A stretch of 60,849 bases of DNA, counting the filler, from Dugesia japonica (Eukaryota), in NCBI GenBank assembly GCA_001938525.1. It is 5 parts of 5 records of this genome, joined end to end, with 100 filler letters (N's around TTAATTAATTAA, not from the genome) between each part and the next. Parts side by side here need not be neighbours in the genome. Positions count along the whole stretch, not along the records: positions 17,472 to 27,434 come from MQRL01487345.1; positions 27,535 to 37,629 come from MQRL01599337.1; positions 37,730 to 49,854 come from MQRL01642484.1; 2 more parts are not named here. One strand, given 5' to 3'. Numbering within the stretch: the stretch's first letter is position 1; each line of letters starts with the position of its first letter. A program made the position numbers and the translations under genes. This document shows, piece by piece, positions 25,860-39,699 of the stretch. The notes under the pieces are model-generated. The model did no database searches. It saw only the letters and a list, made by a program, of their open reading frames with translations, and was not told the DNA's origin.

Positions 25860-26570
25860 CATTTCCTTTTCAAAATAGTTGTTAAATCAGCTGAGCTCAC
25901 TCCAGTCGTCTTCTGCTTTGTTGCGTTCATTGTAAATTCTATTGCCACTAAAAATCTGCCCAATCTGTGGTTTTCTTTTCCTAAAGTGTTGCATTAATCA
26001 AATCTCGAATTGCCCTGAACTGTCTTTCAATTTGTCGGTTTGCATTATGATAATAGGAACTCATAAAATAAAGTTTAATATCTAACTTTAGTTCAAACTC
26101 TCTCATAACTTTATTTTCAAAGGTTTTTCCACAATCAAGTCTTATTTCTCTTGGACATCCAAATCTCAAAATCCACTTTTCGAAAATAGCTTTTTGTATT
26201 GTTTCCTCGTCTTGTCTAGGCAATAGTATAAGAACCAGATTTTTTACTGTAATGGTCGATTATTCCAAGAATGTATTTTTACGTCCACTTGTTTCCTCAC
26301 TGGTCCACATATATCTGTGAATATTACTTCAAACAAATTTGAAGCTTCTAATCTCTTTTTCTTCTCTTTAGTTGCTGTCTTCACTGCTTTGATTTTCGTA
26401 TAAATTTCACAATAACGAACTATTTTCTGTATTTGGCTCTACAAATTCTTCGTATTTGTTTCTCAAGTATTCAACCACCTTCTTACCTCCTGCATGATAT
26501 AATAATTTATGTATTTTTTCTATTGTATTATGTAATTTTGTTCTCCGAAAGTTTTATTTTCTTGATTATG
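25860..26570 (-). mobile_element. Ty3/gypsy integrase core remnant
   Basis: WILRFGCPREIRLDCGKTF...SSYYHNANRQIERQFRAIR (rve DDE region). Confidence 0.85.
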
Positions 26571-27434
26571 TTGGGATCTGAAAAGCCAACATACATAAGC
26601 ATACATGATAAATCTCCAATGTGATTCAGAATCAGAAATCAACTCATCAAATATACACAAATATATATAGACATAACGAATTCTCGGTGTAGCGAAAATC
26701 AGTCAATCTTCAGTCAATCCCAACAATCCAATCCCAACAATCCAGAATAAATCATCAATCAATTACAATAAATTGTAAATTCCTGACATTTGTATCAATT
26801 CCAATAATTTTTATATTTTGATATTTGTATATTGAATATTTCCCATAACAATTTGTAGTGTAAATACAAAAAATATTGACTTGAAATAATCTATTGACTT
26901 TATTTTTTTTGACTTTATTGTGAAAATTTATTGATTTTATTTTGAAGTTATTTTTCGGTGAAAAATGTGGAAAGTTTATTTATATTTTGCGATATGGACT
27001 TTATTTTCTGTGAATAATTTTAATTGATTAAATTAGTTCAACAGGTGAATTTTATTTATTTTGTATTTATTTATTTTGTTTTTATTGGATTGTGTAAAGA
27101 ATTTCATGCGAGTGAAATCCGTATAAATACAGTAACTTTTAATCAGTTGACATCCAACCTCTCTGGGCGGCATCGTCAACCTGATTTACAATAGTGCTGA
27201 TAAGGTTTTAAGATTGTACTTACATTATTTGTATACATCAAAAATTATTATTATAAAAGGTACATCTTTGATTTATTGATATGGGATACTTACACACATA
27301 TTACATTTTTACAATTGCAATTATTGCGAGAATAATTTTTGGACTTAACCATTGATCGTTTAGTGTAGAAATGTAGCCTGTTCCTAGTGTTTTCCATGTA
27401 ATCTGATGTTGTTCTGGTGAAATTTTATGTTTGT

Positions 27435-27534
27435 NNNNNNNNNNNNNNNNNNNNNNNNNNNNNNNNNNNNNNNNNNNNTTAATTAATTAANNNNNNNNNN
27501 NNNNNNNNNNNNNNNNNNNNNNNNNNNNNNNNNN
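27435..27534. other. Artificial contig-join spacer
   Basis: N44-TTAATTAATTAA-N44. Confidence 0.95.
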
Positions 27535-28990
27535 CTGGGATTTTACCAGTTTCTCTAACATAAGACACACTATTTGCAGCTAAAACCCCTATATTCGCTA
27601 ACTTATCTATAAAAGGACTAAAAACAACTTTCTTCAAACAAAAAATATCGCTATCTACACTCGCTAAATCAGTTACTTCCTTTTTTCTCAAAATTGTAAC
27701 TGTATTCTCTAATATAACTCTTACTGTACACATTTGAGCCCTCTTCACACTTCTCGTACTATTATCTGGACCCTCGGATACAGTGCTCTAAAGTTTTCTG
27801 CTAACTCTCTTATTTTGGATATGAAAGGTACTTTTATTTCATCTACAGTTACACAGTCTAGTTTTGGTAAAATCNAAATNTTCATTTTTTTCATATCTCT
27901 TATTCCTATTATGACTTTTGGGAACAATTTATCTACAATAGTCATTCTAATTCTATTAGTTTTATTTCCCATAGTTACATTTATAAAAGAATATTCAATT
28001 ACCTTAATTGGTGAGCCATTTGCACATGTTAACGCCTTGTTTGATCGAAGCAGCTTGACTTTTTCTTTTTCTCTGATCATTTGAAATAGTTTGAAATCGA
28101 TGATGCTAGACTCTGCTCCAGAATCTATAAAAATTATCTCTTCTTCTTGTTCTACTTTGCATTTGATTATTGGTTTGTTTGCTGCGAGTTCGCTTCTTGT
28201 ATCTGATATCATTGTTCTTTGTCCTTTGTGAATTAGAAATTTGTGTCTTGAACATCGAATATATTTATCCAACTTAATAATATCGTCTGGGTAGTTGATA
28301 TTTATTTTTGTTTTTTCTTGTCTTTTAGTTTTCATTTCTTTCGAAACAATTTGGAAAAATTCATTATTATCTTCAGATTCGTTTTCATAATCACAACTGG
28401 CTTCATCATATTCAATATTAGAATTGTCATTTGTTTCTTCTAGTCTTCGAAAAGCTTCTTTCTGAATATTAGATCTTTTTGCTGCTTGGAAAAATCGAAA
28501 TATATGCCCGGCTTTGTTACAGTTCCTGCATAGCAATGGTTTGTTACAATATCGAGCAACATGACCTTTTCTGTTACAATTATAACATTTTAATTCTTGT
28601 TTGAACTTTTGAACTGCATACTTTGGAGAATATGTTTCATGGTTTCTTTCCAAATACTTTATACGATTTTCAAGCTCAATAATTTTTCGTTTTAATATTT
28701 CCATTTATTGCTATTTTTCTGTGTTAACATCATTGCTAATAATTCGCAATTTATCATTTTGTCGAGTTTTATCTTCTTTTTTTCAGAAAATTTCCGTGGC
28801 TCTGTCTGCCAAACGATTATTAACCCCTTTCAAAAATATTGATAAGAGAGTCTTTTCTCTATCAAATTCATCATAATCTGGCATTTNNNNNNNNNNNNNN
28901 NNTCTGATAGCAGTTAGATACTGTCTAAGAGTCATATCTTCCTGCTTCAAGGATAAAATATTAATTATTGGAGTTACCTTGGTTGACTAA
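27535..28990 (-). mobile_element. Ty3/gypsy gag-protease region
   Basis: ORF 27745-28704 carries the CYNCNRKGHVARYC knuckle, a second degenerate knuckle and the aspartic protease motif FIDSGAESS. Confidence 0.9.
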
Positions 28991-31589
28991 AATCTATTTA
29001 AAATCTACACAAATTAATTAATATTAATAAAACACATATCACATGAACCAAATTTAGCACCATAAATTAATCATCATAATATACAGTACATTTGACAAAT
29101 CCGAAAATATTTTTCAAATGCACAGGAATTAAACATAATTCTGATTTTAGTAAATATACTGAGAAATTTTTTGAATAAATACAAATTTCTTAATTTGTTT
29201 CGAAATATGTTAACCTAAAATAGTTACAGTTAATACTCGATTAAATAAATGAGGTTTGGTGGTGAAAAAAGTTTAAAATTCAGAGTTTAGTGGTCAGATT
29301 TTTGTGTGCAGATGACAACTATTGACTCAAGTTTGGTATTACTTTACTCAGGAGACATTTAGTCTCAAATTTTAAACGATCAATAACGTTAGCTTTCAGT
29401 TGAGTCCATTCAATTATGAACTTATCGATCTGATTGCATAGATTTAACTAGGATAAGCTCGATTACCTGATGTACATCTCCAAATTCAATTTACGTATTA
29501 AATTTAATTAAAATAATAAAGACAATAGTAATCAAATGATAATAAAATAAAACTAAATAAAGAACAAATGTTCTAAATTATTAAATAAATAGCAAATAAT
29601 AAATTATTAGTTAATTATTTTAATACATTGTTTACAATAATAGTTTATTTTTTCCATATCATTACATTACCTCATCCGGTTAGTACAGTCAAGCCATTAT
29701 TCCAACTGTTCACATCCAGTCCCAAATTGTTAACGTTCAATACCATTAGCTTCCAATCGAGTCCGTTCAATTTTGAACTTTTTGATCAATTTGCGTAATT
29801 TAAACTAGGCTAAGCTCGATTACGAAATTTGCATCTCTAGTAGTAGTGATTTCAACCGTTCACATCCGACCATGAATTTACTCCGCTACAGAATCTTTAT
29901 GAAATAAAAACAGTTGGTCATCATCGCCAATACTTGACTAGACACGGATCCGCAAAATGATTTGGACTTCCAACTAACTTTTATCAAATCTAATGTTTTT
30001 ATGTATTTAATGAAAATGAAATATTAAATAAGGACAATAATAATGAAATAATAATAGTAAATTCATAATAAATTTAACAAGTAAAAATTCATCAATAATA
30101 ATTAAATAATAATAATAATAATAAATGGTTAATGATAAATGGTTAATTATGATAAATGTGTAATAACAAAAATAATAAAGAAACATTTAAATCTAATATC
30201 GATATTATAATTCAAAAAGTAATTCATATTCATTCATAAAAATCTTTTTTCGAATTTTTATTAAAATTGTAATTCTTATTTCAAAATTATAATTCTTAAA
30301 TTAATTCATATTTCTAAAATCTTATTTCAAAAAAGTAAAATTTTCGTTAAAAAATCTAATTTGTATTTCTANNNNNNNNNNNNNNNNNNNNNNNNNNNNN
30401 NNNNNNNNNNNNNNNNNNNNNNNNNNNNNNNNNNNNNNNNNNNTATTTAAATAATTTTCCAAATTAAATATGTTGATTAATTTAAATTTTATTAAGTTAA
30501 AAAATAGTACAAATAATTATTTGACTAATAATAAATAGATTTCATTAAAATAAAGAAAAGCTTCGATCAAAATAAAATGTGTTTGTAAAGAAATTCAAAT
30601 TTTCAACAATTGTCTTAGTAAGGAACGATAACTTTCTTATAATTCAAAAGGACAATTTATCTTTGTTACAAAATTCTTTATATTTTATCGAAATTTTATT
30701 GGTTTATTTAAAGTATAATGTTTTATTTTAAAATTAAATCTCAAAACTTTTTTTTATTAATATTAAAATATTACAATATTAAAACTCTAATTTTTAAAAA
30801 TCATGTAAAAAAACATGAACAAATATAAATTAAAGAGGAAAATCCTAAGATAAACGTGGTTTTCGATAATTACAATTATTCGAATTTTTTTTCAAAAATT
30901 ATTTCAATGATTAAAATTATCAAAGATTTTCAATAATTACAAGGGTAAAGTGCATACTATTTTACCGTTTTACCAAAATTTACCCTATTTTACCATATTT
31001 TTACTCTAATTTACCCTTTTTTAAATAACCTTTCAAGAAAGATTGCACGAACCTTCAGGTTTACTTGATAGTTATTCTGTATATTTATAATTATCTTTGG
31101 AATAATTGTTGGAATTAAATGTTTTTTTTCATTTTATTTATTTTGAAAAGTAAAATAAGATAACAAATTTAAAAAATCTTGATTATTTAAGATTTAAACT
31201 TTTGGAAATTAATTAACTTTTTGTGCATATGTTAACAAGCATACATAAATACTTGTTAGCACACAAACGTTGTTGTTTAATTGTTTACAAGAATAGCTAT
31301 TATGTTAATTTTTCTCTTTGTTGATTGTTTGCATTTGATGATGAAAGTTTTAATACTGCAAGTAAATTTTTGAGTAAATATTATATTAAGATTATTTAAT
31401 AAATTTTTTTAATCTTCTTAATTAATAACTATTAATTTGNTTTTAATTATAACTAATCAAATTTATAATAATTAATGATTTTAATTAATAATTCCAAAAT
31501 AACTTTTTAATTAATATTAAATAATTTTGCATGTATTCAGGCCACCTCTGAGTTGATTTTAGCAATTATCATTTCGAATAATTTATAAA

Positions 31590-32735
31590 ATGAGGTTAAT
31601 TTAAAATTTTTAATTTTGATAATATTAATTTTGATTATCAGTGATTTTCAATTATTTATTGATTCAATTAAATATGATTCTGATGAAGAAATTGAAAATA
31701 AATTTAAAATTGAATTTCTAGAAATGGAAGATGTTAAAATAAATATAGAATAATTTTCATAAATAAGTATTTAAAAATTAGAAAGATTCGTGCCACCCTT
31801 TGCATCATGCATGTCGTTATGGTAGAATTGNNNNNNNNNNNNNNNNNNNNNNNNNNNNNNNNNNNNNNNNNNNNNNNNNNNNNNNNNNNNNNNNNNNNNN
31901 NNNNNNNNNNNNNNNNNNNNNNNNNNNNNNNNNNNNNNNNNNNNNNNNNNNNNNNNNNNNNNNNNNNNNNNNNNNNTGAAAATATTGATTGATAATAAAT
32001 GTGATATCAACGCACTTGATAAAGTGATTTATTTACTATATAATTTGTAAGTAATTGTTAATTTAGGTGGGAGATCAACCTTTGCACTTTGCTTGTGAGA
32101 ATGGTCATATTGATATTGTGAAATTATTGATAACAAACAAATGTGATATCAATGGCTTTTATTATGTACTTTTTGTTATTTACAAATAATACGTATAACA
32201 AAATGCTAATTTAGTGGCGGTATCAACCGATACATTTGGCATGTAAGAAAGGTAATATTGATATTGTGAAAATATTGATTAATAATAAATGTGATATCAA
32301 TGCATCTGATAAAGTAATCAATTTGGTATTTACTACAAGTTTATTAATATGTTTATTTAGTGGGGATGTCAATCAATACACATAGCATCTAAGAAAGGTC
32401 ATACCGATATTGTGAAAATATTGATTGAAAACAAATGTGATATGAATGCATCTGATTATGTAATTTATTTGTTATTTATTAAATAATTTATGAATAAATG
32501 ATAATTTAGTCGGGATATCAACCAATACATTTGGCATGTGAGAAGGGTCATATTGATATTGTGAAAATATTGATTGCAAATAAGTGCAAAAGAAATGTTA
32601 AGACAAAAGTAATTTTTTAACATTAATTATTACAAATATAATCAATAATAATCAAAGTATGGAGAATTACCAATCGATATTGCTAAAAATGAAGGACATG
32701 ATCAAATAGTTGATATTTTACTTAATGCTGATCCG
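31590..32735 (+). CDS. Ankyrin-repeat protein, one 33-aa repeat per exon; partly in an N gap, 3' end unresolved
   Basis: Inferred start ATGAG|gt at 31590, exon 31642-31732, then an exon from 31782 (HPLHHACRYG). These are followed by 99-nt phase-0 exons such as 32067-32165 (VGDQPLHFACENGHIDIVKLLITNKCDINGFYY) and a capping repeat YGELPIDIAKNEGHDQIVDILLN. Confidence 0.88.
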
Positions 32736-32958
32736 GTAAATACTAATTTTATTTTACAGAATATTTCGGTTTGCTATCGACATTTGTTTGAAATAAGTCG
32801 AAAATAAATTATTCTTCAATAAAATGATGGCGACAAATTAATAAGCTTTTTAAACAATTTCCACGTGAAAATTAAATAGAAATAATTTATCGATGTGATA
32901 ATGATATTTCAAGCAAATCCAAAATAAATAAATAATTATCAATAAAAATAATAATATT

Positions 32959-32992
<34 letters not shown>

Positions 32993-33395
32993 CTATTAAT
33001 ATTAATTATTATTATATTTTATTCTTGAATAATATCGATTATAAAAAATGGTTCAGTAAAACACTAGATAAGAAAAAATTGAAAAATTAATAAAACAAAA
33101 GTGAAAAATATCTAAGAAATTCATCACGAACAATGCAAAAAACAGTTTTTAATAATAAAAAAATTAATGAAAAATTGAAAAGTAAAAATTAACAATTAAG
33201 ACAGAAGGATAAAATATTGTAATTTGTCTGGTGGGTCAGAGAGGATCTGCTGACAAATATTAATAGGAGAATCTGTTAAAACCGCGCCATAAACATTATT
33301 TGAAATGAAAAATCACTCCTAAATTAATAATAAATTAATTCATTAAACACTTTTCGTAAAAGATGAAAATGGTAGTGAACGTTCAACTATTAGAG

Positions 33396-35800
33396 AGTAG
33401 GTAGATGTGAGCNCACAAACACAGATGAGTTATCGCGCACCCCCTNCCCTCCCCCCTCNCCCGAGGAGGGGGGTTGAGTTTGAATTTGTGTTTGATTTGA
33501 TTGGTCGAATTTTGATTAGATGCGGGGACATGTAGTTTTGTTTTAATTTGTAAAGATTTTGACTGGAAATTTATTTTGATTTTTGTGATTCATTAAAACA
33601 GAAAATTAATTTTTTTATCAAGGTTCACTGTGTTTGTTCGATTTCATCAACCGTATAAGTTACTAGCCATCTTAGATTTAAGAATTTTTTCATCAGATCG
33701 AATTTCTGATCGGATCACATTTTTGATCGGATCACATTTTTTATCAGATCAGATTTTTAATCGGATCTGATTTTGTATCGGATCAAATTTTTTTGATAGT
33801 TAATTTTTCTTTTCCTTTTTTTAAAAACTTTAAATTTTTTAAAAAAATTTTTAAAATTTTTTCTATATTACTATGAATGATCCATGATAACATATGGCAC
33901 AAAATCAAACACAGGGTTATCTGTTATCGAGCCTCCTCCGGGGGGTTGTGTTTGAATTTGTGTGTGATTTTGTGTTTGATTTTGTGTTTGATCATTGGTC
34001 GGATGGTGATTGGTTGCGGGGAGATCTAGTTTGTTTTAATTTTCTAGTAATTTGGTAGTAAATTTAAATTTTTTTTTCGGCGGGATTTTTGAAAAAAAAT
34101 TCTTTTATTCTTATTTTTCTTTTCTCTATCTTTTATTTTTTGGCGCGAAATTTTAAAATTTTTTGTTGATTTTTGTATTGAATGAAAGAGGAACACGTGA
34201 GACATGTGCCGATGTAAAGTTTTGGTATTTTGGAGGTGATGGTGTATGTGTGTGTAAAAATTTATATTTTTCAAATGAAAATCGCGACAGAATGGGTTGG
34301 GTCATAATTCTCGGGTTCCGATTGTATGTTTGAGTTTACTATCGAAATCGACCTATAGGTTGCCAAAAGAAACTATGTGCTAAAATGTTTGTGTGTTGAA
34401 TTAATGCAGTTTTTGTGTTTCAAAAATGACTTTCATGTGTATTTTGATCAAAAAAATAACAAATAGTATCCTACTAGTATCATATATATATAATACTAGT
34501 AAGATAGAATTTATTATTTTTTTTTTTAAAAACCAAGGATACAAAATAGTAGTATATTTCTATTATATATTTTAATTAAGTCAAGTTATAAGAATTTCAA
34601 ATTGTTTTTGTTTTAATTATCAAAAAAATTTAGCGAGAAAATCAAATGTCAATAAACTTTTGGCGGGAAATTCAAATTTCATGAAAATTTTTTTCGAAGG
34701 AAAATCCTTTTCTTTAAAATTTTTTTTGGCGCAAAATTCAAATTTTTTTTATAAAATTCTAAGCTCTTGATTTTAATGTGTTAGTAGATAGATAGTGGCA
34801 CACGGGCACAATTATTTTTAGGCACAGTTTTCTAAATCACCCCCCTTCCCCCGGGAGGGCTCGGAAACACATTACGCTTGTGCTGCATTTTTTTAGACAT
34901 GATTTTTGTGCTTGTTTTTATTCGAAGATTTTTGAGATCAAAAAATATTTGATCGGATCAGATTTTTTTGATCCTGGATGTGTGTGTATTTTTAATTTTT
35001 AAATTTTGTGTGTGTTTGGGCTGTTAAGGTGGTTTTTAAAAAGTAGATCAAATTGTGTTTGTGTGTGTGATTGTGTGTTTTTGTAAAAGACTTGAAAAAA
35101 CGAGGAGGAGAAGCCTGAGATCTTGGAGATAATTTTTTTGTGGTTTTGAAGATTTGTTTGTGGTTGGACAAAAATTTGGTCTATATATTGTCTAAAGGAC
35201 TTATGAGTCTGGATGGATGGTTTGTCCTACAAGGGTAGTGGCACACGGGTACAGTCATATGAGTTATCGTGGGTAGTTTTTGTGGAGGCTGTAGGTTTGT
35301 ATGTGGTTGATGGAACTTGTTGGTTGATGGTTTGTTGGAGAGGTAATGTGATGGGGAAGATGTTGGTTGTCGAATGTGCTTTGATTTTTTATTTTAAGGG
35401 CTACTGTTTGATTGGTGCATTTTGTATGTAGTATAACAGTGTTTAAAGAAATTTTCGTGAGGTGAAGGTTGGTAGGTGTGGAAAGAGAATTAATTATCAG
35501 ATTTTATAAGATTTATTTGAAATTTTTCTGTCGGGGGGTTATGACGTCATTATTTTTTTAAATATTTATTTTGGTTAAAAATGCTGTATCTTGCTTAAAT
35601 TGATGACTTTAATGTAAGTAATGTTATTTTAATGTATTTGATTTATTATTTTTGGTTACCTTTTCGGTATTTTTATCGGGGAAGTGTTGTTTTATAAGAT
35701 TGTCGAACAGGGAAGAGGGGAGTCTTGATATTTTTAAAAACATTTTGGCAGGAAATTCAAAAAAATATTTTTGACAGGAAATTCAACAAAATATTCAGGT
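33396..35800 (+). mobile_element. Repeated terminal modules of a putative Polinton-like element (AGTAG-initiated) with internal tandem repeats
   Basis: Related modules start at about 33396, 33890, 34783 (AGTAGATAGATAGTGGC, identical to the left TIR of the 41343 element) and 35233. GATCGGATCACATTTT tandem repeats lie at 33690-33790. No coding sequence seen. Confidence 0.45.
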
Positions 35801-37059
35801 TCTAAATTTTCTATTTCAATAGAGAAAACTTTTATTATAATTAAATTAAATATCATTAAATTAAATTAAATTAAATTATATTATTTATGTAAGAGATGTG
35901 GTATTCTTGATATTTTGCATGCAGATTCTCTATATTTTGCATAAGATATTTTTTAAGATATTTTTTAAGATATTATTATAAGAAATTTATGCTTGGTATG
36001 GGCAGTCTTGATATTTTATAAGATATTATTACAAGATATCGGGCAGTCTTGATATTGTTTAAGATATTATTACAAGATATCGGACAGTCTTGATTGAAGC
36101 ATTATTGATTACTTCTTTATATTTTACTTTAGATGGCTCAGTCTTGATATTTTTTGTAAAAGATTGAGGTATTATTGATTTTTTTAAAAATATTTTTGCT
36201 TTAGATGGGAAAGTCTTGTTATTTTGCAAGGAATGAACAGTCTAAAATTCATAGGCACGTGATTTTCAGTGTATCTCTGTTGCATNNNNNNNNNNNNNNN
36301 NNNNNNNNNNNNNNNNNNNNNNNNNNNNNNNNNNNGTCTTGATTGAAGCATTATTGATTACTTCTTTATATTTTACTTTAGATGGCTCAGTCTTGATATT
36401 TTTTGTAAATGATTGAGGTATTATTGATTTTTTTAAAAATATTTTTGCTTTAGATGGGATATTCTTGTTCTTTTGCAAGGAATGAACAGTCTAAAATTCA
36501 TAGGCACGTGACTTTCAGTGTATCTCTGTTGCATCTGAGTTGCATACCTATTTCATTTATTGAGTTTTAAAAATCAAAATGGTGGCTATGTTGAGTTCTA
36601 AAAATTCTCAGACTTGTGATTTTCAGTGTATCTGTGTAGCAGCTGTAATGCTTCTGAGTTGCATTTATGAAAATATATATCAAAAAACTTTAAAGAGTGA
36701 TATTTACATAATAAAAATATAAGGTTTTATTGATTATTTTTTAGGTAAAGCACAAGCAATCGGTGGTATATTCTAATTTTTTTCTGCTAATATATTATGT
36801 ATCAATTTTATTAAAATTAGCTTGCCATCAATTAATATCATTAAAACAATTACATTCAGTANNNNNNNNNNNNNNNNNNNNNNNNNNNNNNNNNNNNNNN
36901 NNNNNNNNNNNNNNNNNNNNNNNNNNNNNNNNNNNNNNNNNNNNNNNNNNNNNNNNNNNNNNNNNNNNNNNNNNNNNNNNNNNNNNNNNNNNNNNNNNNN
37001 NNNNNNNNNNNNNNNNNNNNNNNNNNNNNNNTAAATTACAACAATAAACCTTATCAATC

Positions 37060-37629
37060 GGAAACAGATAAACTTAATGAATTAAAATCAAACTTTGAAA
37101 ATGAAAATGTAATAAGATATACTGCACCACAAAAGTCACAAGAGGTATATGTAATAAATGGAGATACTCCTAGACCTACCATGACAATATCAATAAATAG
37201 ATATAACATACCTTCATTAATAGATACTGAAGCCGCATGCTCAATAATTAAAGAGGTATTCCTTAACAAAAAACAACAAGAGAATCTTGATACGAGACTC
37301 TCAGAGGAATTAAAATCATTCACGGGTCACAAACTACCTATAAAAGGGATAATAGACTGCAATATTACCATAGAAAATGAAAATATACAACACCCTTTCC
37401 GAGTTGTAGATCAAGGGGTACAAGATTGAATTTTGGGGATGGATTTATTATCAAAATTGACAGGATATGTTATAGATTTACGAAATAATAAATTATCAAA
37501 ATCAGCCCCCATAAATAATGAAAAAGCAAATAACGATTTATATCTAAAGTCCAATGCGAAAATAAAATATTCATGCGAATGTATAATGCCTGTAAAATTA
37601 GGGTTCAGTAGTGAAAATACTTACTTTTT
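37060..37629 (+). mobile_element. LTR retrotransposon protease remnant
   Basis: IPSLIDTEAACSII (DTGA-like) ... LKSFTGHKLPIKG ... *ILGMDLL. Confidence 0.75.
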
Positions 37630-37729
37630 NNNNNNNNNNNNNNNNNNNNNNNNNNNNNNNNNNNNNNNNNNNNTTAATTAATTAANNNNNNNNNNNNNNN
37701 NNNNNNNNNNNNNNNNNNNNNNNNNNNNN
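37630..37729. other. Artificial contig-join spacer
   Basis: N44-TTAATTAATTAA-N44. Confidence 0.95.
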
Positions 37730-38274
37730 ATAAAATTTGAATTTATTTTATTAATTAATTTATAAAGTAAAAGAAATATAAAAGTTAAATAATAAATGCT
37801 TGATTCTTTTAATAATTATGAATGTTTTAATTATTTTCCATATTTTTTCTCGAACAATGTTCCCTTTAAGCACAACTCATTAATACTGTTATCACAGAGA
37901 CGTAACCAAATTTGCGTGCTAATTCTTTCTTTCAGCTTCGGAGGAATAGTTAATAGATGACTATAGCACCATTTTAATTGTTCGCCACGAACCTACCATT
38001 TCCATTTTCACTGTGTTCCCTTAGTTACTTATAATTTGTTCAAAGGGTACTCTAATAGTTTCCAAGTGCTTTGTTCATTTGCTTCTTGCATCGTATATTC
38101 CTTGGGTTTTGATCGCACGCCAAACTCCAACAATAAAAACACAATTCCATTCCAATCGATTTATAACATTACAAAGCCTACCATGCCCAATCCCCAGAGG
38201 CTAATATTTTACCTAGTGAACGCATCTAATTTGGTGACTCCCGTTACCTACATTGTTCTCAGACTATATATGAA

Positions 38275-38490
38275 CTATATATAACCATGAATAATTAATT
38301 TATAACCATGAATAATTAATTTATAACCATGAATAATGCATATATAGCCACGAATAATGAATTTATAATCATGAATAATGAATATATAACCTTTAATAAT
38401 GACTTTATAACCTCGAATAATGAATTTATAATCATGAATAATGGATTTATATCCATGAATAATGAATTTATAACCACAAATAATAACCAT
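38275..38490. repeat. 21-bp minisatellite (consensus TTTATAACCATGAATAATGAA), about 10 units
   Basis: Direct tandem periodicity of 21 nt. Confidence 0.9.
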
Positions 38491-38703
38491 GTAAGAAAAA
38501 TAAGAAAAATCCTTGTGAAAATTAATTTTGCTAAATACGAAATAAACAATAAATTAAAGAGAAACGATGAAAAATGACCAACAGAATTTAGTTTAAAAAT
38601 TTTAATTTATCCAAACTTATTCACTTAATGAATTAATAAAGTTATAAAAATATGAAAATCAATTTTGTAAAGGGAAACAAAATAAAACAACACATATTCC
38701 TAG

Positions 38704-39660
38704 GTTGGTCAATCGTCACACGTGGAAGTCGCCAAATTTAGTCCGGACGGTCAATATCTGGTTACTGGAACATTAGATGGATTCATTGAAGTTTGGAATT
38801 TCGTTACTGGCAAAATTCGTAAAGATCTCAAATACCAAGCCCAAGAAAACTTCATGATTATGGAAAAAGCCGTTCTGAGCCTCGGTTTCAGTCGTGATTC
38901 AGAAATGCTTGTTGCCGGCTCTCAGGACGGTAAAATCAAAGTGTTCCGAATACAAACCGGACAATGTTTGCGTAAATTCGAGAGAGCTCACGTGAAAGGC
39001 GTTACGAGTGTTCAATTCTCGAAAGATGGAACGAATATCCTGTCGGGGAGTTTCGACAAATCTGTTCGTATTCACGGAATGAAATCCGGCAAGTTATTGA
39101 AGGAGTTCAAAGGGCACGCTTCATTTGTCAACGATGTTATTTACGCACCGGATAATCAACACATAATCAGTGCGAGTTCTGATGGTACTCTCAGGCTGTG
39201 GTCGCTGAAAACCGGAGAAGGCACGATCTGGCGGGCGTATTCTGGGCTGGTGGGACAGGAGGCACCGATTCACACGGTTATGCCGGTCCCCAGGAACACA
39301 GATCAGTTCATTATCAGCAACAAGACCAACACTGTCGCTATTATCAATATTCAAGGACAAGTAAACCGTTTCTCTATGGATTTGATGAGTTAAAATCGAT
39401 TTTAGATTGTCAGGAGTTTCTCGGCACCGAAACGAGACGGATCGAATTTCGTATCGACCATCATCAGTCCGAAAGGCGAATGGCTCTATTGCGTTGGGGA
39501 GGACAAATTGTTGTACTGTTTCAATTTAATGGTCGAGAACAAGTTGGAAAGAACCATTCCGATTCATGATAAAGATGTTATTGGACTTGTTCATCACCCC
39601 CATCAGAACTTGATTGCGACTTATGCTGAAGATGGCTTGCTCAGATTATGGAAACCGTGA
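38704..39660 (+). CDS. SMU1: WD40 repeat spliceosomal protein SMU1, last two exons (38704-39360, 39406-39660), 5'-partial
   Basis: [40 protein letters not shown]... and the terminal [22 protein letters not shown] match recalled SMU1. 45-nt GT-AG intron; AATAAA at 39681. Confidence 0.96.
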
Positions 39661-39699
39661 TTACTGTTGTGTAGTAGTTCAATAAATTCTTTGTATTTT

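Noticed and set aside
31976-32610. CRISPR-like repeat/spacer periodicity
   Set aside because: The repeats are ankyrin exons and the spacers are GT-AG introns; eukaryotic context with no cas genes.
36085-36535. Near-exact 200-bp direct repeat
   Set aside because: The copies flank an N gap, so this is likely an unmerged assembly overlap. The same probably applies to 48715-48825 versus 49015-49085.
38275-38577. Overlapping repetitive ORFs on both strands
   Set aside because: By-products of the 21-bp minisatellite.
39121-39569. Alternative-frame and antisense ORFs over SMU1
   Set aside because: Shadow frames of a GC-richer conserved exon; no independent support.
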